Notes: a model not told the origin generated them from the sequence alone. 62,620 bases of DNA, filler included, from 3 parts of 3 records of this genome joined end to end with filler, not necessarily neighbours in it, one strand, 5' to 3'; positions 49,332 to 59,342 are shown, counted from the first letter of the whole stretch. Numbers and translations are program-made.

Positions 49332-50217
49332 CCTCAACATTTCCCGTTTCATCCATTTGTTCTATTCTAGTCATCAGGCCTTTTGACTCCTTTCTTTCAA
49401 CCAAATTGAAATACTGAAAAGCCAAGGCTAAGAAGCTGATAGAATAGGTAAGTACGGCACCAAAGGTTTCAAGCACTGAGAAAAGAATATTTAGTGGGTT
49501 ATTGGCCAAACTAGACTCATCAAGACCGCTCAAATCACCTGATTCTTGTACTGAGGTAAACATGTCACCCCATACCGTGAGGCCTCTTGGCAAACTAAAA
49601 AGCATATTTATAACATAGCCTATAATGACAGTCACCACTAAAAGGCCAAATGTACTCCACCATTTATCCCTTATTAATTTGAAAGCCCTTCCAAGAGCAT
49701 CAATAGGATTATTGTCCTCAAACACAATTATAGCCGACCCTAAAGACAATACTACTCCTAAATAAACACCAGGGAGGAAAAAAAAGAGCATTCCAATAAC
49801 AACCAAAATAGACGTGATAACATTAAATACCAACAAATTGAAGATCCTAGAGAGTAAATTTTTTGTTACGTCAGGTATTCTAATTTCAGAAGGAGCTTTA
49901 TGTTGATAGGCTCTCATATAACCGTAAGCTACCGCAGGCAGCACAGCAGAAGTAACTACTGCCGAAATCAACACCAAACCATATAGGCTGAACATATTGA
50001 TGAAAAAATCAGGGGTGAATCCACCTTCTCCAATGTTAAACATTCCCAAAGAGAGCCGACTCATAAGGATATTAGAAACCAAAAGAATTGGCCCTGAAAT
50101 CAATAATTGAGCCCTGAGATATGGCCAAGCATTTTCTCTCAAGAAAACGAAAGTCATATTCAGCTTGTCTCCAAACTGGCGCTTTTTATAAAACTCTATC
50201 TGCGGTGTATACGCCAT
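49315..50217 (-). CDS. Multi-pass membrane protein of the MoxR/SpoIIM cluster
   Basis: R.FGD.L..TF.F N-terminus; A..R.F.LI..KWW.TFG; FQYFNLVE.KE. Confidence 0.75.
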   Translation of the reverse strand: MAYTPQIEFYKKRQFGDKLNMTFVFLRENAWPYLRAQLLISGPILLVSNILMSRLSLGMFNIGEGGFTPDFFINMFSLYGLVLISAVVTSAVLPAVAYGYMRAYQHKAPSEIRIPDVTKNLLSRIFNLLVFNVITSILVVIGMLFFFLPGVYLGVVLSLGSAIIVFEDNNPIDALGRAFKLIRDKWWSTFGLLVVTVIIGYVINMLFSLPRGLTVWGDMFTSVQESGDLSGLDESSLANNPLNILFSVLETFGAVLTYSISFLALAFQYFNLVERKESKGLMTRIEQMDETGNVEDEETY

Positions 50218-51163
50218 TTTTAAATAATTTTCTTGGGTAAATAATTATGTAATAAACCATAAAGGCCAGCGAGCCTAAAATGATCGCTGCTTTTAAGGCA
50301 TTTGGCATTCCGAACAAACGAGTAACGAAAGACTCCAGAAAACCTGCAATAATAAACATTGGCACCAAGCCCAAAACCACCTTTGCTCCTGTCAAAGCCC
50401 CTTTTTTCAAGGACTCAAGCCTAGAATAAGTACCCGGAAACAACATGGAGTTACCCATGATAAGACCAGCACCGCCAGCCATTATTATGGAGATGATTTC
50501 TATGGTACCATGAATCCAAATGGTAAGTACGGAAGTCATCAAAAGCCCTTTTTGGTAAAAGAAGTACTGGAAAGAACCGAGCATCACTCCATTCTTAAAG
50601 AGCATAAAGCCCGTTCCTAATGAAGCTACAATCCCAGCGGCAAAGGCCATAAATGACACACGAATATTATTGAAGGTAATCGCAAAAAACATATCAGTTT
50701 GCGCCATAGAGGCATAAATACCCAAAGGTTCACCACTCTCAATATTTGCCAATGTTCTATTCACGTAGCTATCACCTAAGATAAGCCTCACAAAAGTATC
50801 ATCCTGTGAAGCCGAAAAAGCTCCGATGATGCTTGACAGCAAGAAGATAATTAATGAGTAGCCAAAGGCTTTGCGGTGAATCCAGAATATTTCTGGCAGT
50901 TCAACTCTCCAAAACCTTGCAAACCGGCCAGAACTCTGTTTTTTGTTTTTGTAGATGTATTGATGAACCTTGGTAGAAAGATTATTCAGGTAAACTGTAA
51001 TGTCGCTTTTGGGGTAGTGCGTTTTTGCGTAAGCGAGATCATCTGTCAATTGAACAAACAGGCTGGCCAGCCTGTCTGGGTCTTTTCTGGCTTTAGAGGA
51101 AATTTGACTTTCGAACTCTTCCCATTTACTTATATTTGCTTTCACGAAAGCGGATTCCCTCAT
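50186..51163 (-). CDS. SpoIIM (DUF95) family membrane protein
   Basis: DDLAYAKT.YP, NNIRV, NG.MLG, HGTIEI and AGFLESFVT motifs. Confidence 0.9.
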   Translation of the reverse strand: MRESAFVKANISKWEEFESQISSKARKDPDRLASLFVQLTDDLAYAKTHYPKSDITVYLNNLSTKVHQYIYKNKKQSSGRFARFWRVELPEIFWIHRKAFGYSLIIFLLSSIIGAFSASQDDTFVRLILGDSYVNRTLANIESGEPLGIYASMAQTDMFFAITFNNIRVSFMAFAAGIVASLGTGFMLFKNGVMLGSFQYFFYQKGLLMTSVLTIWIHGTIEIISIIMAGGAGLIMGNSMLFPGTYSRLESLKKGALTGAKVVLGLVPMFIIAGFLESFVTRLFGMPNALKAAIILGSLAFMVYYIIIYPRKLFKNGVYTADRVL

Positions 51164-51207
51164 CTTTGATTCGTATTTAAGTCAAAAATTATTCAATATA
51201 AGTTCAT

Positions 51208-51918
51208 ATGCAAGCGGTAAGCATTCAAACCTCTCAAAACATTCAATTAGAGTACCCGCTGGCTGGTATTGGCGATAGAATTTTGGCTTTTGTTATAGAT
51301 GCGGTAATCATCATCAGTTTTTTCTTTATCACCAATGTAATACTGAACTACTTGGGTGTATCTATGAGCATAGCAATGAATATAATGCTCAGCATAGTGG
51401 CTTATCTATATCGATTGGTCTCCGAAGTTTTCTTCAATGGCCAAACCGTGGGTAAAAAGGCCGTAAGCATCAAAGTCGTGAAATTAGAAGGAAGCGTTCC
51501 TTCATTTGGTGCCTATTTTCTGAGATGGCTCTTAGAGCCCATTGACTTTTTTATTGTAGGTCTTGGAGTAGTCTTCATTATTTTGAGCAAAAACGGACAA
51601 CGTATTGGCGACCTATTGGCAGGAACTACCGTGATCAAAATGAGAAAAATAACAGTCACCAATGTTCGGAATAAAGTGATCATGGAGACGGTAGATGAAA
51701 ACTATGTACCGAAAATACCCGAAGCTGCACAGCTAGCGGACAATGAAATCCGTTTGATTAAAGATGCTTTGTCGGTTTTTAGAGATGGCGCCAAACAAAA
51801 GCCTCTACTACTTATTGAAGAAAAGCTTAAAGGGAAATACAACATACAAAGTGACATGCCCACTGTGAAATTCATGTATACGCTACTTAGAGATCACACT
51901 TATTATATGACAAGGTAG
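51208..51918 (+). CDS. RDD-family membrane protein
   Basis: RILAFVID, GQTVGK, QRIGDLLAGT. Confidence 0.92.
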   Translation: MQAVSIQTSQNIQLEYPLAGIGDRILAFVIDAVIIISFFFITNVILNYLGVSMSIAMNIMLSIVAYLYRLVSEVFFNGQTVGKKAVSIKVVKLEGSVPSFGAYFLRWLLEPIDFFIVGLGVVFIILSKNGQRIGDLLAGTTVIKMRKITVTNVRNKVIMETVDENYVPKIPEAAQLADNEIRLIKDALSVFRDGAKQKPLLLIEEKLKGKYNIQSDMPTVKFMYTLLRDHTYYMTR

Positions 51919-51919
51919 A

Positions 51920-52537
51920 ATGCTAAAAACTGCTTTTTATATACTGGCGACCTCCTTCTTCTTCAATACCGTTTCGCTATCCCAAACCGAATCGAGATAC
52001 CCAAAAAACTATTTAGAGGCAGAGTATACTCCTTTGCTCGATTCACTTAGACTGGCTTACGGTGAAAAAATAAGCTACAAGAACAGTGGACAGATGGAAT
52101 TAGCTACACTATTGGCCATAAGTCATTATCCTTTTCTGCAAAACCGTAAGGTTAAAGTGATTATAAGAAAAGTAAAGGGCGCTCCTGTCGAGGCGAGCTT
52201 TTCTCCTCTCAATGTAGTTACACCCGCTAGAGCTAAGGTGTATAAAATCATTATTAAGGAAAACTCCTTTATGGAAAGGCTATCGCTCAACAAACAAGTG
52301 GCCGCACTAGGGCACGAAATGGCGCATTTTATTCAATATGAAGAAAGAGGATATTTTGGCACTCTGTTCGGGCTGTTGCACTATGTTTCTTCCGACAAAT
52401 ACCGAATCAAGTTTGAAAAGACTGCTGACAAAATTGCCATGGACCATGGCCTTGGCCCCCAAATGCTAGAGTTTGCCTTCTATACTTCCAAGGAGGACAT
52501 TCAAAACTATATGAACCAAATGGGCGATGGAAATTAA
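51920..52537 (+). CDS. Secreted putative zinc metallopeptidase
   Basis: Signal peptide; GHEMAH HExxH motif; downstream E..AD. Confidence 0.65.
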   Translation: MLKTAFYILATSFFFNTVSLSQTESRYPKNYLEAEYTPLLDSLRLAYGEKISYKNSGQMELATLLAISHYPFLQNRKVKVIIRKVKGAPVEASFSPLNVVTPARAKVYKIIIKENSFMERLSLNKQVAALGHEMAHFIQYEERGYFGTLFGLLHYVSSDKYRIKFEKTADKIAMDHGLGPQMLEFAFYTSKEDIQNYMNQMGDGN

Positions 52538-52763
52538 AAACTATACGCGCGCCCAGCTGGCACTAAGAAATGGCCAAGACCGACCCGAAATATGGGTGGC
52601 CTATCAAGGCAAAATCTATGATGTAACGACTTCAAAGCTTTGGAAGAAAGGAATGCATTATGAACATTGGGCTGGTCAAGATTTAACCAACGAGCTTCCC
52701 AATGCCCCACATACCGAAAAGGTTTTTGAAAAATTTGAGCAAATAGGAATTCTCGCTTCCTAA
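52527..52763 (+). CDS. Cytochrome b5-like heme/steroid-binding protein
   Basis: WVAYQGKIYDVT.S.LW..G.H..H.AGQDLT..L..APH. Confidence 0.88.
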   Translation: MEIKNYTRAQLALRNGQDRPEIWVAYQGKIYDVTTSKLWKKGMHYEHWAGQDLTNELPNAPHTEKVFEKFEQIGILAS

Positions 52764-52889
52764 TTCTTTCCAATTCATCAAAATACTGTGCTAAAAGTGA
52801 TCGAAAAGTGTACGTTTTCGTTACATATTTTTTACGAATACGAACACATTTTTTCGTTAACTATCTAATTATCTATGTGTTAACTTTAC

Positions 52890-52905
52890 TGGCACATGGA
52901 TTGGA
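52890..52905 (+). promoter_or_regulatory. Possible sigma-54-type promoter
   Basis: TGGCAC-N5-TTGG, with a non-canonical -12 element. Confidence 0.4.
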
Positions 52906-52961
52906 TAAAGAGTAGCATGTCGAATAGAAAAAGTCAAAACGAAAATTTAAACAACACGGTC

Positions 52962-53336
52962 ATGAATAGCTCAACAGTTAAAACTCAAAAAAATTTAAGT
53001 GCAATATTAGGTCTAGCACTTGCGGTCATCACATTGTTTCAAGCAGGAGCAGTAAAGTCAAACGAAGTTTCTGACAGAAGCTTAGCCTCAATCGAGGAAG
53101 CTGAGTTGAGAGCTGAAATTGATAGCATCTTCCCTGACGATGGATTAACTATCACAGAGAGAGCATATGCTGAATATGATGCCGAACAAACAAGTTACGT
53201 AAAGGTTTTTAATGCCGAGAATGAGTTGGTCGCTCAGGGCTTAACTACTGAAAACGATGAATTAAGACAATTGGTAAATCAAGCGGATTTTCTTACTCAG
53301 GTATCAGGTCAAAAATATTACAGAATATCAGAATAG
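52962..53336 (+). CDS. Hypothetical secreted protein
   Basis: Hydrophobic signal after ATG 52962; own terminator downstream. Confidence 0.65.
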   Translation: MNSSTVKTQKNLSAILGLALAVITLFQAGAVKSNEVSDRSLASIEEAELRAEIDSIFPDDGLTITERAYAEYDAEQTSYVKVFNAENELVAQGLTTENDELRQLVNQADFLTQVSGQKYYRISE

Positions 53337-53416
53337 TCTTGGTCTAGAGCAATCTAACCGCAGACACTATTCGCAAGGTCAAAATCAGTTTAGTTTAATT
53401 AAGGTCAATTTTAGGT

Positions 53417-53448
53417 AAGAAAGCCCCGAATCGGGGCTTTCTTTTTTT
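53417..53448 (+). terminator. Intrinsic terminator
   Basis: AAGAAAGCCCCGA-A-TCGGGGCTTTC followed by T7. Confidence 0.85.
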
Positions 53449-53488
53449 AGCCAAACTTTAACTCATTATTATAGAATCAAAGTACCTT

Positions 53489-53992
53489 TTACTGAAAACG
53501 TACCGCCTTCAACTCTTCGGTCAGTGCACGCCCTCGTCTTTCAATTTTTTCATCACCAATGGGCACCAGTAACTTTTCAAATAATGCTAGATGATCTTCT
53601 GAATGCTCCTTTCCCCTTTGGGCTTTAATGTCAAAGTGGAAAAATTTCGTCCACAACACAGCCTTTACATGTGTTTTGTGAAGGTCGTACATTACCATTT
53701 CGGCTTGTACATACTTTTCTGTAAAACTGATCAGCCTAGATTGTACAATCACTTTTTCCATCACAAAAACAGGTTTAACATAAGTCATTTCATGGTGTCC
53801 CACCACCCAAGACTTGCCTTCTTCCTTGGCCATTCTAAAAACATCGAAATCGTAAGTGCTGATGAGATGATCCTCTCTTACATTCAACATATAATCTAAG
53901 TACTTAGAGTTATTGAGATGGCCATAAGGGTCGCAATCTTGAAAACGCACCAATACTTGGCTTTCGGGTTCTTTAATTAGTTCTTTCATCAT
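53489..53992 (-). CDS. Acyl-CoA thioesterase (4HBT/YbgC hotdog family)
   Basis: VRFQDCDPYGHLNNSKYLDY motif. Confidence 0.9.
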   Translation of the reverse strand: MMKELIKEPESQVLVRFQDCDPYGHLNNSKYLDYMLNVREDHLISTYDFDVFRMAKEEGKSWVVGHHEMTYVKPVFVMEKVIVQSRLISFTEKYVQAEMVMYDLHKTHVKAVLWTKFFHFDIKAQRGKEHSEDHLALFEKLLVPIGDEKIERRGRALTEELKAVRFQ

Positions 53993-54000
53993 AACGTTAA

Positions 54001-54016
54001 TAGACCAGTCTGTCTA
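54001..54016. promoter_or_regulatory. Putative TetR operator before the thioesterase
   Basis: TAGAC-CAGTCT-GTCTA palindrome. Confidence 0.72.
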
Positions 54017-54035
54017 ATTTTGAGTTAAAAAATTT

Positions 54036-54587
54036 TTAGCTATTCAGAATAATCGGAATATATATTTTTTGGTTTTTCAGGTATTTCACATCTTTATGCG
54101 CCTGACTTAAAACAAAAGCCCCTTCGAACATAGCATAAAGTTGCTCAGCTTTTTGATTGGCTTTTGACACTCCCCTGCGCTCTAAATAACCTGCCAAGTT
54201 TTCTTGCCAGCCTTTAAATATATTTTCACATGCCAAACGGATATTTTCATCCATAGAAGTAGCAACCGCTGCTACCGCAGTAATCGGGCAGGCATCTTTA
54301 TAGTCAGATTCAAGCAAATCAGTAATCATTACGTCCACCATAGCCGAAAGACCTTCCAGGGCTTCTTTTCCTCTGAGTGCCTCGCCATATTTGAACATTT
54401 GCGCTTCGCCTGCAAATTGAATTGCCTGACGAATGAGTCCGTTTTTGCCATCAGGAAAATGATGATAAAGTGAACCCTTAGGTACACCTACTTCTTTCAG
54501 TACTTCAGAAATACCCGTTCCGGAATAACCTTTCCTACGGATTAAGCCTGCTGTAACCTGAATTAGCTTGTCCTTTGTCGATAGCAT
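54036..54587 (-). CDS. TetR/AcrR-family regulator (NemR/LmrA-like)
   Basis: GYSGTGISEVL...GVPKGSLYHHFP.GK; CPI motif; ATG 54587 preferred. Confidence 0.9.
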   Translation of the reverse strand: MLSTKDKLIQVTAGLIRRKGYSGTGISEVLKEVGVPKGSLYHHFPDGKNGLIRQAIQFAGEAQMFKYGEALRGKEALEGLSAMVDVMITDLLESDYKDACPITAVAAVATSMDENIRLACENIFKGWQENLAGYLERRGVSKANQKAEQLYAMFEGAFVLSQAHKDVKYLKNQKIYIPIILNS

Positions 54588-54605
54588 TTTCAAAGTAAAT
54601 AAAAA

Positions 54606-54621
54606 TAGACCGATTAGTCTA
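54606..54621. promoter_or_regulatory. Putative TetR autoregulatory operator
   Basis: TAGAC-CGATTA-GTCTA palindrome 18 nt upstream of ATG 54587. Confidence 0.72.
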
Positions 54622-54712
54622 GTAATCTGAGGATTATTTCCCTTCACCCATATAAAAAAAGAAAGCCAACCGTCTTTCAACAGTTGGCTTCTCATTTATA
54701 TTAAATCGAGTA

Positions 54713-56632
54713 CTACTTAACTTCTTCGTACTCTACATCAGATACGTCATCCCCTGATTTCGAATCATCTCCTGCACCAGCGTTCGCGTCTGCAGCTCCT
54801 TCTGCACCAGCAGCATCAGCTCCTTGGCTCGCAGCATACATTTCTTGCGAAGCAGCTTCCCAAGCCTTGTTCAAAGTTTCCATTGCTGCATCAATGCCTT
54901 CAATGTCTTGACTTCCGTGCGCAGTTTTCAAACTAGCAAGGGCTTCTTCGATAGGTTTTTTATTACCTTCCGAAAGCTTATCTCCATATTCTTCCAATTG
55001 CTTTTCAGTCTGGAAAATCAAAGAGTCAGCTCCGTTCAATTTGTCAACTTTCTCTTTCTCTTTTTTATCAGAATCAGCATTGGCTTCCGCTTCTTGCTTC
55101 ATTTTTTCGATTTCCTCATCTGTTAATCCAGAAGAAGCTTCGATTTTAATTTTCTGCTCTTTTCCTGTGCCTTTATCCTTAGCCGACACGCTCATGATAC
55201 CGTTGGCATCGATATCGAAAGTTACTTCGATTTGAGGAACACCTCTTCGTGCTGGTGGAATATCACTCAAGTGGAATCTACCGATGGTTCTGTTGTCCTT
55301 CGCCATCGCTCTTTCACCTTGCAAAACGTGAATTTCTACAGAAGGCTGATTGTCAGCGGCAGTAGAGAAAGTCTCCGATTTCTTGGCTGGAATAGTAGTG
55401 TTCGACTCAATTAATTTAGTGAACACACCACCCATGGTTTCGATACCTAGTGAAAGAGGCGTTACATCAAGTAACAATACATCTTTTACTTCACCAGTTA
55501 ACACACCACCTTGAATTGCTGCGCCAATCGCTACAACCTCATCAGGGTTTACACCTTTTGAAGGTTTTTTACCAAAGAATGCTTCTACAACTTCCTGGAT
55601 TTTAGGGATTCTTGTAGAACCACCCACCAAGATTACTTCATCAATATCTCCAGTGCTATACCCCGCGTCAGATAAAGCCTTTTTTACTGGCTCCATTGAT
55701 CTCTTCACCAAGTTATCCGCTAAAGACTCAAATTTTGCTCTTGAAAGCGATCTTACCAAGTGCTTTGGCACACCGTCAACTGGCATAATGTAAGGCAAGT
55801 TGATTTCAGTTGAGTTAGAAGAAGACAATTCGATTTTTGCTTTCTCCGCAGCTTCCTTCAATCTCTGAAGTGCCATTGGATCTTTTCTCAAATCAATTCC
55901 TTCGTCTTTGTTGAACTCATCTGCCAACCAGTCGATAATTACTTGGTCAAAGTCATCTCCACCAAGGTGAACGTCACCGTTAGTAGATTTTACTTCGAAT
56001 ACGCCATCACCTAATTCTAAGATTGAGATGTCAAAAGTACCTCCACCTAAATCGTATACCGCAATTTTTTGTTCTTTGTCTTTTTTATCAAGTCCATAAG
56101 CCAAAGCTGCTGCAGTTGGCTCGTTGATAATTCTCTTTACTTCTAAGCCAGCAATTTGTCCTGCTTCTTTCGTAGCCTGACGCTCTGCATCGTTAAAATA
56201 AGCTGGTACAGTAATTACCGCCTCAGTTACTTCGGTTCCTAAATAATCTTCCGCAGTAGACTTCATTTTCTGAAGAATCATTGCTGAAAGCTCTTGAGGA
56301 GTATACATTCTTTCACCGATTTTTACTCTTACGGTGTCGTTATTTCCTTTTTCTACTTTGTATGAAATACCTCTTAGCTCTTCCGAAACATTAGAGAATT
56401 TCTTAGCCATAAATCTCTTAATTGAGCTTACGGTATTTGTTGGGTTAGTGATCGCCTGTCTTTTGGCAGGGTCACCCACTTTACGCTCTCCGTTTCCATT
56501 GTCCAAAAATGCCACAATAGACGGGGTTGTTCTTCTTCCTTCGCTATTAGGGATTACCACAGGCTCATTACCTTCCATTACGGCAACGCACGAGTTGGTA
56601 GTTCCTAAGTCAATTCCAATAATTTTTCCCAT
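54713..56632 (-). CDS. dnaK: Molecular chaperone DnaK
   Basis: [25 protein letters not shown] and [11 protein letters not shown] motifs. Confidence 0.98.
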   Translation of the reverse strand: MGKIIGIDLGTTNSCVAVMEGNEPVVIPNSEGRRTTPSIVAFLDNGNGERKVGDPAKRQAITNPTNTVSSIKRFMAKKFSNVSEELRGISYKVEKGNNDTVRVKIGERMYTPQELSAMILQKMKSTAEDYLGTEVTEAVITVPAYFNDAERQATKEAGQIAGLEVKRIINEPTAAALAYGLDKKDKEQKIAVYDLGGGTFDISILELGDGVFEVKSTNGDVHLGGDDFDQVIIDWLADEFNKDEGIDLRKDPMALQRLKEAAEKAKIELSSSNSTEINLPYIMPVDGVPKHLVRSLSRAKFESLADNLVKRSMEPVKKALSDAGYSTGDIDEVILVGGSTRIPKIQEVVEAFFGKKPSKGVNPDEVVAIGAAIQGGVLTGEVKDVLLLDVTPLSLGIETMGGVFTKLIESNTTIPAKKSETFSTAADNQPSVEIHVLQGERAMAKDNRTIGRFHLSDIPPARRGVPQIEVTFDIDANGIMSVSAKDKGTGKEQKIKIEASSGLTDEEIEKMKQEAEANADSDKKEKEKVDKLNGADSLIFQTEKQLEEYGDKLSEGNKKPIEEALASLKTAHGSQDIEGIDAAMETLNKAWEAASQEMYAASQGADAAGAEGAADANAGAGDDSKSGDDVSDVEYEEVK

Positions 56633-56681
56633 GATGTATAAATGATTTCTTTCTGTTGCTATTTAAACTCACTCCGTATTT

Positions 56682-56697
56682 ATCAATGGTTGTGCCA
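56682..56697 (-). promoter_or_regulatory. Possible sigma-54-type promoter of dnaK
   Basis: Minus strand TGGCAC-AACCA-TTGAT about 50 nt before the ATG. Confidence 0.5.
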
Positions 56698-56876
56698 AAG
56701 GAATTTGCCTGACATTTGGTGACACATTGACAGAATCTGGCATCAAAAACTTAGTTAATTACCCCAGATTAGGCAGTCAACAAAAATTAATGGACAAAAT
56801 AACCAAGGTCAAACCTCAATACTCGTCATTCTCAATTGTCATCTTGATTACATACTTTTGTTTTCAAGCTTAATTT

Positions 56877-57776
56877 ATGGCGCCAGTTTTTTACTACCTT
56901 ATTATAAAGCCTCTTTCGCTTTTGCCTTTTTGGGTACTATATATCCTTTCCGACTTTCTTTATATAGTCGCCTATAAAATTAGTCGCTACAGGGTAGGCG
57001 TGGTGACTGCCAATTTAAAAAACTCTTTCCCCAACCTTTCTGAAAAGGAACTGGTCAGAATGCGCCAAAATTTTTATCATCACTTCACCGACCTGATTGT
57101 AGAAAGCCTTAAAATTTTCAGTATTTCAGAAGAAGAGGCCAAAGCTCGGTTTGTGGTTACTAACCCCGAAGTTTTACAACCCTTTATTGACAGCAACAGA
57201 AGCATATTAATTGTGGGCGGCCATTATAACAACTGGGAAATGTTGGCTGTAGGTATTGATGCTTATATGGAACATCAGAGTGTCGCGATTTACCACGCTT
57301 TGAAAAATAAATTCTTGAATGAGAAGATTCTTGCTTCGCGAAGCAAGTTTGGGCTTAATATGATTTCACGCCCTGATGTAAAGGAATTCTTCACCAACAA
57401 CACCAAACTCACCGCTACGCTTTTTGGTGCAGATCAATCTCCTAGTATTGCCAAAAAAGTATATTGGACACGCTTTTTGAATCAGGAAACAGCTGTTATG
57501 TTTGGCGTGGAGAAATTTGCCAAGGAGAAAAATTCGCCAGTAGTTTTTGGCGGAATTAAAAAAGTAAAGCGTGGATATTACGAATTCACCTTTGAAGTAT
57601 TATTTACCGAACCCACCCTGTGCCCTCATGGTGAAATTACCGAAACCCATGTTAGAAGATTAGAAAAGCAGATCCTTGAAGCTCCACAATACTGGCTTTG
57701 GACGCACAAACGCTGGAAAAGGAAAAAGACCGAAGAAGAGAGGTTGGAAGAGCAAGCCTTAGCCGCCAATGCCTAA
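56877..57776 (+). CDS. Lipid A biosynthesis acyltransferase (LpxL/HtrB family)
   Basis: GHYNNWE, ADQSP and PQYWLWTHKRWK motifs. Confidence 0.9.
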   Translation: MAPVFYYLIIKPLSLLPFWVLYILSDFLYIVAYKISRYRVGVVTANLKNSFPNLSEKELVRMRQNFYHHFTDLIVESLKIFSISEEEAKARFVVTNPEVLQPFIDSNRSILIVGGHYNNWEMLAVGIDAYMEHQSVAIYHALKNKFLNEKILASRSKFGLNMISRPDVKEFFTNNTKLTATLFGADQSPSIAKKVYWTRFLNQETAVMFGVEKFAKEKNSPVVFGGIKKVKRGYYEFTFEVLFTEPTLCPHGEITETHVRRLEKQILEAPQYWLWTHKRWKRKKTEEERLEEQALAANA

Positions 57777-57853
57777 TCATAAAACCTAACATTCTAAAAG
57801 ACAATGTGCCTCGCACTTTTTCTTTTATCTTTGCACCTCAATTCAAAAAGCGT

Positions 57854-57910
57854 ATGGGTTTAAAGGAGGAGATAGCAAAGCGAAGAACTTTCGGAATTAT
57901 TAGTCACCCG
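57854..57910 (+). CDS. prfC: Peptide chain release factor 3, 5' fragment cut by the contig end
   Basis: MGLKEEIAKRRTFGIISHP; TATCTTTG promoter at 57826-57833. Confidence 0.85.
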
Positions 57911-58010
57911 NNNNNNNNNNNNNNNNNNNNNNNNNNNNNNNNNNNNNNNNNNNNTTAATTAATTAANNNNNNNNNNNNNNNNNNNNNNNNNNNNNNNNNN
58001 NNNNNNNNNN
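57911..58010. other. Artificial contig linker
   Basis: 44 N + TTAATTAATTAA + 44 N. Confidence 0.97.
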
Positions 58011-58040
58011 AGAAGTCAGAAGTCAGAAGTCAGAAGTCAG
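58011..58040 (+). repeat. Heptamer tandem repeat (AGAAGTC)x4+ at the contig start
   Basis: Directly visible. Confidence 0.9.
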
Positions 58041-58090
58041 GAAAAAATATGTCAGTTCAATCGCAGTCGAGAACAACTAATTAATTCAAG

Positions 58091-58816
58091 ATGGATTTAA
58101 AAATATATAAGGATAAACAAGAGGTGGCTAAGCAATTTTCCAGCTATTTTGTAGATCAGTTGAAAGATAGAGCTACTTTTCATGTGGCGTTGTCCGGAGG
58201 AAGCACCCCAAAAATCGTTTTTGATGTACTGGCGGATAATTTTGCCGGTAAGGTAGATTGGAGTAAAGTACATTTTTATTGGGGGGACGAACGTTGTGTC
58301 CCTCCTTCGGATGATGAGAGCAACTATAAAATGACGGTGGAGCACCTTTTTTCCAAGATTGATGTGCCCGAAGCGAACATCCATAGAATTTTGGGCGAAA
58401 AAGACCCCGTTAATGAAGCATTGCGTTATGCCAATCTACTGGAAATAAATTTGGACAGGGTTGATAAGGTGCCCCAATTTGATTTGGTAATCTTGGGTAT
58501 GGGCGATGACGGTCACACGGCATCCATCTTCCCGCACGAAATTGCACTTTGGGATGCTGAAGATCATTGTGTAGTAGCAACGCATCCCGATTCAGGACAA
58601 AAACGAGTTTCCATCAACGGAAAAGTTATTAATACCGCCAAAGAAGTCGCTTTTTTGGTCACAGGGGCATCCAAAGCCGAAAAAGTGGAAGCTGTTATAG
58701 AAAAAACCGAAGGTTCCGATGCCTATCCTGCATCCTTGGTCAACCCGTCCTCAGGGAATTTAGTGTGGTTTTTGGATGAGGAGGCTGCTTCTATGCTTAA
58801 TCAAAATCCATCTTAA
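58091..58816 (+). CDS. pgl: 6-phosphogluconolactonase (DevB type)
   Basis: ALSGGSTP, WGDERCVP, SNY and LGMGDDGHTASIFP motifs. Confidence 0.94.
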   Translation: MDLKIYKDKQEVAKQFSSYFVDQLKDRATFHVALSGGSTPKIVFDVLADNFAGKVDWSKVHFYWGDERCVPPSDDESNYKMTVEHLFSKIDVPEANIHRILGEKDPVNEALRYANLLEINLDRVDKVPQFDLVILGMGDDGHTASIFPHEIALWDAEDHCVVATHPDSGQKRVSINGKVINTAKEVAFLVTGASKAEKVEAVIEKTEGSDAYPASLVNPSSGNLVWFLDEEAASMLNQNPS

Positions 58817-59342
58817 CGTTTTCGCCCTGTAAAAATTCCAAATACTCGTTTACTTTAAAGTTGTTGGACTCGTATTTGCTATCCCGCTTAAAGGCGGATT
58901 GCTTGCGTTCCTTGCTGCGTGCGAAACGACGAATATCCTGCTTGGTCTTTAGTATAAGCCCTGGAACTGTTTTGTTCTTTCCATCCTTTCCTTTGGCCAC
59001 CATGGTAAAATAGGAGGAATTGCAATGCTTTACCTCTCCTGTGGTTATATTTTCCGATTCAACCCGTACACCCACGACCATAGAAGTTTTCCCAGTATAG
59101 TTGATGGATGCTTTTAGTGTGGCCAGTTCGCCCACTTCAATAGGATTTAGAAAATCCACACGATTTACCGAAGCCGTTACGCAATAGCTTTGTGAATGTT
59201 TGGAGGCACAGGCAAAGGCTATTTGGTCCATAAGATTGAGAATGTGCCCACCGTGCACCTTGCCACCAAAATTGGAGTGGGAGGGCAGCATAAGTTCGGT
59301 GATGGAAACCCTACTTTCTCGGGATGATTTGAATTTTTTCAT
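58797..59342 (-). CDS. Acyl-CoA thioesterase (YciA-type hotdog)
   Basis: NFGGKVHGG, VTASV..VDFL.PI.VG, G.TSM.VGV. Confidence 0.9.
   Translation of the reverse strand: MKKFKSSRESRVSITELMLPSHSNFGGKVHGGHILNLMDQIAFACASKHSQSYCVTASVNRVDFLNPIEVGELATLKASINYTGKTSMVVGVRVESENITTGEVKHCNSSYFTMVAKGKDGKNKTVPGLILKTKQDIRRFARSKERKQSAFKRDSKYESNNFKVNEYLEFLQGENVKMDFD

Noticed and set aside
54588-54695. N-terminal extension of the TetR ORF
   Set aside because: Overlaps the dnaK terminator-like hairpin and the TetR operator; ATG 54587 fits the family start
58011-58040. Tandem repeat as a CRISPR array
   Set aside because: 7-bp unit with no spacers
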